The notes under the pieces: generated by a model | What the model was told of the DNA's origin: nothing | What the model saw: only the letters and a program-made list of their open reading frames with translations | Databases searched by the model: none | Translations under genes and position numbers: made by a program | In this document: positions 56,473 through 64,000 of the stretch, in pieces | Position numbering within the stretch: the stretch's first letter is position 1 | Layout of the letters: each line of letters opens with the position of its first letter | NCBI GenBank assembly: GCA_035403825.1 | Contig: DAONFX010000001.1 | Location: 22,043 to 86,042 of the forward strand | Source of the DNA: Anaerolineaceae bacterium | GTDB lineage: Bacteria > Chloroflexota > Anaerolineae > Anaerolineales > Anaerolineaceae | Reading direction: 5' to 3' | DNA length: 64,000 nt

Positions 56473-56509
56473 ATAAAAGGCAGCCGGCGCTTGTTTTGAG
56501 CGCCGGCTG
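56473..56509 (-). terminator. Intercistronic hairpin between the SBP and permease genes (partial terminator or mRNA stabiliser)
   Basis: Minus strand reads CAGCCGGCGCT-N7-AGCGCCGGCTG (11-bp stem) followed by CCTTTTATAC. Confidence 0.55.
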
Positions 56510-56521
56510 TGATAAGCGTCC

Positions 56522-57841
56522 TTATTTGTTCAGGTAAGCTTCATAGTCCTTTTGGACTGCTGAAACAAAGTCTTCGGGGGTGCTGATGCTGCCGAGAAGC
56601 TTTTGCAGCTCCGCCACGAGCGTGTCGTAGAAGGTAGGGGTGGCCCAGTCAATGTAATGACCGACCGCGTTGCCTTTATTGATGGTGTCCCAGGCTTTGA
56701 GCGTATCGCCAAAGAGGTTGTCGGTCTCGATTTCCGCGCCTTCCGGTAAGGCCATCGCGGGGAGCATTCCGGCCTTTGCCCAGAGTTCCGCGGCGCGCGG
56801 GCTGATCATCCAGTTCAGGTATTCCGCGGCCAGGTCTGCCTTGGTGGTGGTACTGCGGATAGCAAACGGAATGCCAACACCACCGATGGCGAGGGCTGTT
56901 TTTCCTTCGAACGGAGGCATCAGGAAGAAGCCGAACTCCTGGTCCGTATCATTGATCAGTTCCCCAGCCAGCCAGGAACCTGTGATGGTCATGGCGCCTT
57001 GACCAGCTTTGAAGAGGGCGTTGCTGTCGTCGTAACCAATACCAGCGTAGCCTTCGGAGAAGTAGCCGGATTTAGCCCATTCCTGCAAGATTCGCGCAGC
57101 CTTAATGTTCTCGTCAGTTTTGAAGCTGACATTATTCACGCCGTAAGTCAGGTTGTTGATGTAATCCAGGCTGACCAGCAGATGCTGGATGGCGCTGAAT
57201 TCATGAATGGCATTCCAGCCATCCAGGCTGCCGAAGGAAATTGGAGTTTCGCCGCTTTCCTTGATTTTTGCGAGCAGGGCATCAAATTCCTCAAAGGTCT
57301 GGGGAACTTCCCAGCCGTATTTCTTGAACATTGTTTTGTTGTAGTACACACCCACCACTTCAGCGGTCGGGCTCACACCGTAGAGATTGCCCTGCCCGAA
57401 AGTTTTGCCGTCGGGCGTGAAGCTATTGCGGCTGGCAACCGAGGTGGAAAAGACCGAGCTCCAGTTGTATTTGGTCAGGTAGGAATCCAGCGGAAGGAGT
57501 AAGCCGGCTTCGACCATGGCGCCCATATCGCTGCGTCCCTGATTCACCTGGGCGACGTCCGGGCCGTTGGCTTCTGTCAGCGCGAGCTTGAGGGTCACCT
57601 TGAGGTCGTCGAGCGTCTTGACGACGCGTTCAATCTTCACGCCGGGGTGCGCCGCTTCAAATTCCGCGTTGAGCGTGTCCATCACCTGGCTCTCCACATC
57701 GCGGTAGAACTGATCCCATACGACCAGGGTGGTTTCTTCTGCTGGCGCCTGGGTCTCGGTTGGTTTGCTGCCGCCCTGGCAAGCACCCAGGATGAAGGCG
57801 AAGACCAGAAGAATCGCAACGGAAAAACGTATCCTTTTCAT
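56522..57841 (-). CDS. Extracellular solute-binding protein (sugar ABC transporter), lipoprotein
   Basis: Signal peptide with lipobox ILGAC, 439 aa, family-1 SBP-like. AAAGGAG RBS. Confidence 0.9.
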   Translation of the reverse strand: MKRIRFSVAILLVFAFILGACQGGSKPTETQAPAEETTLVVWDQFYRDVESQVMDTLNAEFEAAHPGVKIERVVKTLDDLKVTLKLALTEANGPDVAQVNQGRSDMGAMVEAGLLLPLDSYLTKYNWSSVFSTSVASRNSFTPDGKTFGQGNLYGVSPTAEVVGVYYNKTMFKKYGWEVPQTFEEFDALLAKIKESGETPISFGSLDGWNAIHEFSAIQHLLVSLDYINNLTYGVNNVSFKTDENIKAARILQEWAKSGYFSEGYAGIGYDDSNALFKAGQGAMTITGSWLAGELINDTDQEFGFFLMPPFEGKTALAIGGVGIPFAIRSTTTKADLAAEYLNWMISPRAAELWAKAGMLPAMALPEGAEIETDNLFGDTLKAWDTINKGNAVGHYIDWATPTFYDTLVAELQKLLGSISTPEDFVSAVQKDYEAYLNK

Positions 57842-57969
57842 TTTGCTCCTTTTCCAAAAGCGAAAGTTTAAAAAATTATACCTTATAGAACCGCGGCTTT
57901 ACCGGAATATGCATCGGGTTGGAGAAGTCCTGAACAAGGTACAGCGACCAGATTCCGGTGTGTCCAGGA

Positions 57970-58263
57970 GATAGAAAGGTCCTGATGCGTGGATGAAGCC
58001 GTCAGGATGGATTTTTCCCCGGCCATCAACTTTCTTCATTTCGCTAATGTTTCCTGATTACCGAAACCTGACTGTTGCCCGGCGGCAAGCGGCGCTATTT
58101 TGCCCCGGTCAAACCGCTGGGAAGGGGGGAAGAGGGGAAAGGCTGCTATTGCCTTGTGTGTCAAGGTATTCGCATTCCATTGTCATAGAACATTATGGAA
58201 TAGAAGGATGATTTCGTAGCTCCTGAACGACATTGGGATATGTCTATTTTTCTATTTCAGCCC
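57970..58263 (+). other. Family-2 conserved non-coding element, copy B, between the divergent sugar-ABC operon and glpX
   Basis: Homologous to 48230-48533. Hairpins: GTCCTG..CAGGAT (57979-58008), TTGCC-CGGC-GGCAA (58095-58108), and ATTCCAT-N14-ATGGAAT (58174-58201). Confidence 0.6.
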
Positions 58264-58445
58264 AGATTTTTGGTAATGGCGGGCTGCTACTTGTTGATAT
58301 AATGAGTTTGTGGATTGGATTTTTTCAGAAAGTTTTCGGATACAGAACATTAAGCACACGGACGGCATGAAAATCAACAGGCGCTTTTCACACAACGGGC
58401 TTGCCGGTAATAGCGGAATGTGCTTCACATCAGGTTAATCCCAGG

Positions 58446-58467
58446 CTGGGCTTCGGTCCAGTTTTTT
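58446..58467 (+). terminator. Weak terminator/attenuator-like hairpin in the glpX leader
   Basis: CTGGGC-TTCG-GTCCAG (one G-U pair, UUCG loop) followed by T6, about 35 nt before the glpX start. Confidence 0.3.
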
Positions 58468-58501
58468 GTTTACCAACCAACCAACAGGAAAGGACATACA
58501 G

Positions 58502-59527
58502 GTGGAACAGAAGCAAGAAGTCTCTATGAACGAAGCATTTTCACACCTCTCGTGGCAGCTGTTGAAGGTCACTGAGAATGCCGCCATTGCCGCGGCGCGC
58601 TCGGCGGGCAAAGGCGATAAGCACCTGGCAGATGAGGCGGCGGTGGACGCGATGCGTTCCGCGTTGGACGAAATGCGCGGGTTTTCGTCGCATATCAAAA
58701 TCGGGGAAGGGGAACGTGATGACGCACCGATGTTGTTCATCGGTGAGCGGCTGGGCAGAGGAAACATCGCCATTGATATTGCCGTTGATCCGCTCGAAAA
58801 TACCAATGCCACCGCTGACCTGAAGCCCGGCGCGGTTTGCGTTCTGGCAGCTTCTTCCTCCGGCGGGCTCATTCAGGCTTCGGATACCTACCTTGATAAG
58901 CTGTGTGTGGGGCGCGAAGCTGCGCCTTTGGTTGATATCCGAGTGGAACCCGAAGAAAATATCCGCCGGATCGCCGCGGCGCTGCACCGCGAAAACCTGG
59001 CTGAAATCACCGTGACCATCCTGGACCGCCCGAGGAACGAGGAACTCATCCGGCGCGTCCGCTCCACCGGCGCGCGCGTGAATCTCATCATGGATGGCGA
59101 CCTGATGCCCTGCATTTTTACCTGTTTTAAAGGCGCGGGCGTGCATGCGGTGATGGGCATTGGCGCTGCGCCGGAAGGCGTCATATCCGCGGCGGCAATC
59201 AAGCTGTTGGGCGGGGGCATGCAGGCCGTCTTTAAGCCCAAGGACGACGCTGACCGGGCAAGGCTGACGCGCATGGGCATCCGATTGGACGAAGTGTATA
59301 CAGCCGAAACTCTGGCGCCCGGGGAAAACCTGATCTTTTGTGCCACCGCGGTAACGCCAATACTGACCACGACCAAAGCTGTGTTGGAAGGGGTCAGCTT
59401 CTTCCCGGGCGGCGCCAAGACCCACAGCCTGGTGGTATCGAACACGTTCATGAATTATGTCCCCACCACACATGTGCTGGACAGCGGGAAGTTCTCGCAG
59501 GAAAAAAGCGAATTCCGCCTGTGGTAG
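58502..59527 (+). CDS. glpX: Fructose-1,6-bisphosphatase class II (GlpX)
   Basis: LLKVTENAAIAAARSAGKGDKHLADEAAVDAMR, DPLENT. Start placed at GTG 58502, 7 nt after GGAAAGGA. The ATG at 58526 is an alternative. Confidence 0.9.
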   Translation: MEQKQEVSMNEAFSHLSWQLLKVTENAAIAAARSAGKGDKHLADEAAVDAMRSALDEMRGFSSHIKIGEGERDDAPMLFIGERLGRGNIAIDIAVDPLENTNATADLKPGAVCVLAASSSGGLIQASDTYLDKLCVGREAAPLVDIRVEPEENIRRIAAALHRENLAEITVTILDRPRNEELIRRVRSTGARVNLIMDGDLMPCIFTCFKGAGVHAVMGIGAAPEGVISAAAIKLLGGGMQAVFKPKDDADRARLTRMGIRLDEVYTAETLAPGENLIFCATAVTPILTTTKAVLEGVSFFPGGAKTHSLVVSNTFMNYVPTTHVLDSGKFSQEKSEFRLW

Positions 59528-59561
59528 TTTGGCGCAGCTGCCCGGGCGCCTCTCCGCCTGG

Positions 59562-59589
59562 TTGACAGTCTAAGCCCGGATGGTAAAAT
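59562..59589 (+). promoter_or_regulatory. Candidate gmd promoter
   Basis: TTGACA, 16 nt, TAAAAT. The -10 hexamer ends 28 nt upstream of the gmd ATG. Confidence 0.5.
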
Positions 59590-59617
59590 TGCGGTCTATT
59601 ACGCGAATGAGGTTTTC

Positions 59618-60688
59618 ATGAAGACAGCTTTAATTACTGGCATCACTGGTCAGGATGGTTCTTACCTGGCTGAATTGTTACTGAGCGAAGGTTATGAAGT
59701 GCACGGCGTTATCCGGCGCTCCAGCACTTTCAATACCCGCCGAATCGACCATCTGTACCACGATCCGCACGGAAACGGTGAAAAACCACGCCTGTTCCTG
59801 CATTACGGCGACATGGGCGCGACGGATACGCTCCTGGATGTGATTTACACTACCAGACCGGACGAAATCTACCACCTGGCAGCCCAAAGCCATGTGCGCG
59901 TCAGCTTTGACATGCCAGAATACACCGGCGATATCACCGGGCTTGGCACTACCCGCATCCTGGAAGCTATCCGGAAAAGCAAGATAAACAGCCGCTTCTA
60001 TCAGGCCTCCTCCAGCGAACTTTTCGGCAGCGCCAGGCCCCCGCAGAACGAAAGCACCCCTTTCCAGCCGCGCAGCCCCTACGCCGCCGCCAAGCTGTAT
60101 GCTTATTGGATGACGGTCAACTACCGCGAAGGGTACGGCATGTACTCGGTGAACGGCATCCTCTTCAACCACGAATCCCCGCGCCGCGGTGAGACTTTTG
60201 TGACCCGCAAGATCACCCGCGCGGTGGCATCCATCCGCGCAGGTTTGCAAAACAAGCTCTTTTTGGGCAACCTGGACGCCAAGCGCGACTGGGGTTACGC
60301 GCCGGAATACCTGGAAATGATGCATTTGCTCCTGCAGCAGGAGCAACCCGACGATTATGCCATTGGCACCGGCGAAGCGCATTCCGTGCGCGACTTTTTG
60401 GATGAGGCTTTTGGATACGCGGGTATGGATTGGCACAAGTATGTGGAAATTGATCCGCGCTACTTCCGCCCGACGGAAGTGGATTACCTGCTGTGCGACC
60501 CGACCAAAGCGAAAACCAAGCTGGGCTGGGAACCGAAAATCAAGTTCCATGAGCTGGTACGGATTATGGTGGACGCGGACCTGGAACTGCTTAATCAACC
60601 CAAACCCGGCGAGGGCAAGCGTATTATCGACGAAAAATTCAACGGCTGGCACCGCTGGGAACACCAGGTCGTCAGCATGGACAAGTAG
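59618..60688 (+). CDS. gmd: GDP-mannose 4,6-dehydratase
   Basis: [38 protein letters not shown]. Confidence 0.95.
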   Translation: MKTALITGITGQDGSYLAELLLSEGYEVHGVIRRSSTFNTRRIDHLYHDPHGNGEKPRLFLHYGDMGATDTLLDVIYTTRPDEIYHLAAQSHVRVSFDMPEYTGDITGLGTTRILEAIRKSKINSRFYQASSSELFGSARPPQNESTPFQPRSPYAAAKLYAYWMTVNYREGYGMYSVNGILFNHESPRRGETFVTRKITRAVASIRAGLQNKLFLGNLDAKRDWGYAPEYLEMMHLLLQQEQPDDYAIGTGEAHSVRDFLDEAFGYAGMDWHKYVEIDPRYFRPTEVDYLLCDPTKAKTKLGWEPKIKFHELVRIMVDADLELLNQPKPGEGKRIIDEKFNGWHRWEHQVVSMDK

Positions 60689-60719
60689 TGGTTCTGACAA
60701 AACTGCGTTATAATGGAGT

Positions 60720-60945
60720 TTACGGAGTAGTAATCCGCAGCCGCTGACAGAGAAGGGTTGGGAAGGCTGAAACAACCCGCAGCACAGGCACAGGACGAAG
60801 TCGCCGGATTGATGACCGCAGAAATCCGAAAAGGAGAATAGACCGGTCCGGGTACGCCCGTTAGCGCGTTTGAGTGCATTGACGTATGTCAATGAAATGA
60901 GGTGGTACCACGGAGACTTTCGCCCTCAACCGGCGAAAGTTTTTA
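60720..60945 (+). promoter_or_regulatory. T-box leader (valine specifier) with terminator, upstream of valS
   Basis: T-box sequence AAATGAGGTGGTACCACGG (60895-60913). Terminator ACTTTCGCC-N7-GGCGAAAGT followed by TTTTTATTTT. Candidate specifier GAA-GTC-G at 60800-60802. AGAGA box in stem I. Confidence 0.8.
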
Positions 60946-60967
60946 TTTTAATGTTGAGGAAAAGAAG

Positions 60968-63658
60968 ATGACCGAGCTGCCAAAGACCTATGACTTTAAG
61001 GAATACGAAGAAAAGATTTATACCGAGTGGGAGAGCAAGGGGTATTTTCGCCCGACGAATGACCCGAACAAGCCCGGACACGACCCTTCTATCAAGCCCT
61101 TTGTCATCGTTATTCCTCCGCCGAACGTCACCGGCGGGCTGCATCTGGGGCATCCGCTTTTTGTCGCGACGGAAGACCTGATGATCCGCTACCACCGCAT
61201 GAAGGGCGAACCAACTTTGTGGGTGCCGGGCACCGACCACGCCGGAATTGCCACGCAGCTGCAGGTCGAAAAGCAGCTGGCTAAAGAAGGGTTGACCAGA
61301 ACGCAGCTCGGACGGGAAGCTTTCGAGAAACGCATTTGGCAGTGGAAAGAACAGTACGGCGGGCAAATCACGCATCAGATTCGCCGGATTGGCGCCAGCT
61401 GCGACTGGGAACGGGAACGCTTTACGTTGGACGATGGGCTATCGCGCGCGGTGCGCGAAGCATTCGTGCGCCTGTACGAGAAAGGCTTGATTTATCGCGG
61501 TCCTCGCATGATTAACTGGGCGCCAGGCCTCAAGACCGCTGTTTCGGACCTGGAAGTGGAGTACTCCGAGGAAATGGGCACCCTGTACTACTTCCGCTAT
61601 CCTCTGGCGGATAGTTCCGGCGATTTCATCCCGGTGGCGACCACGCGACCGGAAACCATCCTGGGCGATACCGCGGTGGCAGTACACCCCGAAGATCCGC
61701 GTTACCAGCACTTCATCGGCAGGACGGTGCGGGTGCCGGTGCTTGGACGGGAAATCCCGGTGGTCGCGGACGAATACGTGGAACGCGAGTTCGGCACCGG
61801 CGCGCTCAAAATCACGCCCGGGCACGACCCGCATGACTACGAAATTGGGGAGCGGCACCACCTGGCGCTGATTAACATCATGAATCCCGACGCGACGCTG
61901 AATGAAAACGCCGGGCCTTATCAGGGCATGGACCGCTATACTGCCCGCAAAGCGCTGTGGGAAGAAATGCGCGCGCTTGGGCTGGTCATCAAGGAAGAGC
62001 CTTACATGATGAGCGTGCCCAGGTCCCAACGCGGTGGTGAAATTGTGGAGCCGCTGGTCTCGACCCAGTGGTTCGTGCGCATGGGGACGCTTGCGCAAAA
62101 CGCCAAAGCGGCAGTGGAAGCAGGAGGGGTTACTTTCGTGCCGGAACGCTTCACCAAGGTCTTCCATAACTGGATGGATAACATCCAGGACTGGTGCATC
62201 AGCCGCCAGCTGTGGTGGGGGCACCGCATTCCTGTGTGGTACTGTCAGAACTGTGGGGAAGTCATTGTCGCGCGCGAAACGCCGGAACGCTGCCCGAAAT
62301 GCGGCAGCGAGCACCTGGAACAGGACCCGGATGTTTTGGACACCTGGTTCTCTTCCGGTTTGTGGCCCTTCTCAACGCTGGGATGGCCGGAAAAGACGCC
62401 GGATTACGAGTATTTCTATCCAACCTCAGTGCTTGAAACGGGTTATGACATCCTTTTCTTCTGGGTCGCGCGCATGATTATGGACGGCGTGGAATTCACC
62501 GGCAAGGCGCCTTTCCATACGGTCTATCTGCACGGCATCATCCGCGACGAAAAGGGTCAAAAGATGAGCAAGACCAAGAACAATGCCATCGACCCGCTGG
62601 AGGTCATGGACTCGTTGGGGACGGATGCCTTGCGCTTTACTCTTCTGGTCGGCAGCACACCGGGGAACGACATGAACATCTCCGTGAAAAAAGTGGAATC
62701 CAACCGCAACTTTGCCAATAAGGTCTGGAACATCGGCAGGTTTGTCATCTCCGCGGTGGACCGCGCCGGGCAGAGACCGGCGGAGGAACCGGTCTGGACC
62801 CTGCCCGACCTATGGATTTGGGCGCGGCTCAAGCAGGTGGTCAACAGCGTGAATGGATTGTTCGAGAATTACCAGTTTGGGGAAGCAGGCAAACAGGTCT
62901 ATGAGTTCTTTTGGAGTGAGTTCGCGGACTGGTATCTGGAAGCTTCCAAGCGGCAGCTTGCGGAAGGCGGCAGCCGGGCGTACTTTACCGCCTTCGGGCT
63001 CGCGCGGGTATTGGACGTGATGCTGCGCTTGCTGCATCCCTTTACCCCGTTCGTGACCGAAGCGCTGTGGGGCTACCTGAAACAGGCTTGCCTGGACGCC
63101 GGCCTGCCCATCCACAGCCGGTCTGGCTGGGAAGAGGCGCTCATCCTGGCGCGCTGGCCGGAGCGCATGGAAATGGAAAGCTGGGAAGACGAAATGATTA
63201 AAGATTTCAACACCACCCAGGAGCTTATCCGCGCCATTCGCAACCTGCGCTCGGATTACAAAATAGAGCCGGCGCGTAAACTGCACGCGGTATTTGTTTC
63301 GGATAAGCAGCAGATTCTGCTTGAGTCTCAGAAGCTGGTACTGTGCGATTTGGCCGGCTTGGACCCGGAATTGACGGAAATCCGCACGGAAAAGCCGGAA
63401 AGCCAAAGCGGGATGGCCGGGCTGGTGGTGAATGAGATCGAAGTGCTTGTGCAGCTGGCGGATGCCAGGGATGACGCGGCGGAGGAGGAACGCTTGCGGA
63501 AAGAGTTGGCAGAAGTGGAGAGCCAAATCGCGCGCCTGGAAGCTTTGCTGGCAAGTCCGTTTGCCCAAAAGGCGCCTGAAAAGATCGTGCAAGCCGAACG
63601 CGAGAAGTTGGAGACTTATCGGGTCAGCGCGGAAAAGCTGCGCATGCGGCTTGGTTAG
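60968..63658 (+). CDS. valS: Valine--tRNA ligase
   Basis: PPPNVTGGLHLGH (HIGH), KMSKT, C-terminal coiled coil. Start at ATG 60968 (MTELPKTYDF); the ORF-track extension covers the T-box terminator. Confidence 0.95.
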   Translation: MTELPKTYDFKEYEEKIYTEWESKGYFRPTNDPNKPGHDPSIKPFVIVIPPPNVTGGLHLGHPLFVATEDLMIRYHRMKGEPTLWVPGTDHAGIATQLQVEKQLAKEGLTRTQLGREAFEKRIWQWKEQYGGQITHQIRRIGASCDWERERFTLDDGLSRAVREAFVRLYEKGLIYRGPRMINWAPGLKTAVSDLEVEYSEEMGTLYYFRYPLADSSGDFIPVATTRPETILGDTAVAVHPEDPRYQHFIGRTVRVPVLGREIPVVADEYVEREFGTGALKITPGHDPHDYEIGERHHLALINIMNPDATLNENAGPYQGMDRYTARKALWEEMRALGLVIKEEPYMMSVPRSQRGGEIVEPLVSTQWFVRMGTLAQNAKAAVEAGGVTFVPERFTKVFHNWMDNIQDWCISRQLWWGHRIPVWYCQNCGEVIVARETPERCPKCGSEHLEQDPDVLDTWFSSGLWPFSTLGWPEKTPDYEYFYPTSVLETGYDILFFWVARMIMDGVEFTGKAPFHTVYLHGIIRDEKGQKMSKTKNNAIDPLEVMDSLGTDALRFTLLVGSTPGNDMNISVKKVESNRNFANKVWNIGRFVISAVDRAGQRPAEEPVWTLPDLWIWARLKQVVNSVNGLFENYQFGEAGKQVYEFFWSEFADWYLEASKRQLAEGGSRAYFTAFGLARVLDVMLRLLHPFTPFVTEALWGYLKQACLDAGLPIHSRSGWEEALILARWPERMEMESWEDEMIKDFNTTQELIRAIRNLRSDYKIEPARKLHAVFVSDKQQILLESQKLVLCDLAGLDPELTEIRTEKPESQSGMAGLVVNEIEVLVQLADARDDAAEEERLRKELAEVESQIARLEALLASPFAQKAPEKIVQAEREKLETYRVSAEKLRMRLG

Positions 63659-63664
63659 GAGAGA

Positions 63665-63822
63665 GGGCTGTCCCAAAAATCGGACAGCCCTTATTGATTT
63701 CCCACTCCGCGCCCGTTTTTATCGGTTTTTGCGGATTTGCGCTATCCAAACGAGGTCTACACCAGGCGTATTCTCCCACTCAGGTCTGCCAAAAAAGGAA
63801 GACCTGTTCTTTTTAGACAGCC
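63665..63822 (+). repeat. Family-1 intergenic repeat, copy 5
   Basis: GGGCTGTCCCAAAAATCGGACAGCCC, TTGATTTCCCACTCC, GCGCCCGTTTTT, TTTGCGGATTTGCGC, ACCAGGCG, TTCTCCCACTC, and a degenerate 3' hairpin ending in TTCTTTTTAGACAGCC. Confidence 0.8.
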
Positions 63823-63842
63823 TCTGAAGCACGAGGTTTAGT

Positions 63843-64000
63843 TTAGCGGGCTGAGACGCGCTCCGACTCGCGCTGCATAATGCGGCGCAGGATGGCCAGC
63901 GAGCTCGCGTAGGTGGAATCCATGCCCAGGTATGAAAGCGCGCCGGCGCCGAGGTTTTGACCTTTGGTCAGGGGCGTATCCGAAACATAATGCAGGATGC
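63843..64000 (-). CDS. C-terminal end of an unidentified protein (gene continues past the right edge)
   Basis: Own minus-strand translation ...ILHYVSDTPLTKGQNLGAGALSYLGMDSTYASSLAILRRIMQRESERVSAR-stop (TAA at 63843-63845). Codon usage looks gene-like. No family recognised. Confidence 0.4.
   Translation of the reverse strand, partial: ILHYVSDTPLTKGQNLGAGALSYLGMDSTYASSLAILRRIMQRESERVSAR

Noticed and set aside
60694-60714. CTGACA ... TATAAT upstream of the T-box as the valS promoter.
   Set aside because: The spacing between CTGACA and TATAAT is only 9 nt, and no acceptable -35 hexamer lies at 16-18 nt. The TATAAT (60709-60714) may still be a -10 element, but I cannot support a full promoter call.
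1-64000. Looked for CRISPR arrays, IS elements or transposases, integrases, prophage genes, toxin-antitoxin pairs and defence islands.
   Set aside because: I found no regularly spaced direct repeats with unique spacers and no transposase, integrase or phage-like ORFs. The hypothetical genes are isolated singletons inside housekeeping operons.

Overview
GC-rich, densely packed bacterial chromosomal segment with about 57 protein genes and one tRNA, mostly housekeeping. By eye the gene content and style look Chloroflexota/Anaerolineae-like, but I cannot verify that. Recognisable content, in order:
- **Start of window to about 22 kb:** rpoD, ndk, PPi-type phosphofructokinase, scpB/rluB, plsX, tRNA-Leu(GAG), a gcvH-gcvPA-gcvPB operon behind a glycine riboswitch, and two ABC exporter genes.
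- **About 22 to 44 kb:** a GntR/FadR regulator with 2-oxoacid:ferredoxin oxidoreductase genes, an argF-rocD-pyk operon, a yqeY-pgpH-ybeY block, comEA, trxB, hemW, and cell-wall enzymes (LysM/M23 peptidase, L,D-transpeptidase).
- **About 44 kb to the end:** ADP-forming acetyl-CoA synthetase, ApgM-type phosphoglycerate mutase, hutH, a sugar ABC importer, glpX, gmd, and valS behind a T-box leader.

I saw no transposase, integrase, phage gene, CRISPR array or obvious defence or toxin island. The unusual signals are non-coding or recoding:
1. A family of about 150-160 bp double-hairpin intergenic repeats. There are 5 copies, each wedged between gene 3' ends.
2. Two homologous non-coding elements of about 300 nt, lying upstream of apgM and glpX. 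Their conservation is not frame-preserving, and they keep the same hairpin stems with different loop lengths. They are a candidate novel structured RNA or regulatory element.
3. A peroxiredoxin-like gene whose redox motif reads T-TGA-P-F-C (UxxC). This is a candidate selenoprotein that the ORF track splits in two.
4. Three TAATC-N-GATTA palindromes over the promoter of the GntR regulator.

All calls rest on reading and translating the sequence and on remembered family motifs. No database search, folding or statistics were run, and the coordinates of RNA and regulatory elements are approximate.
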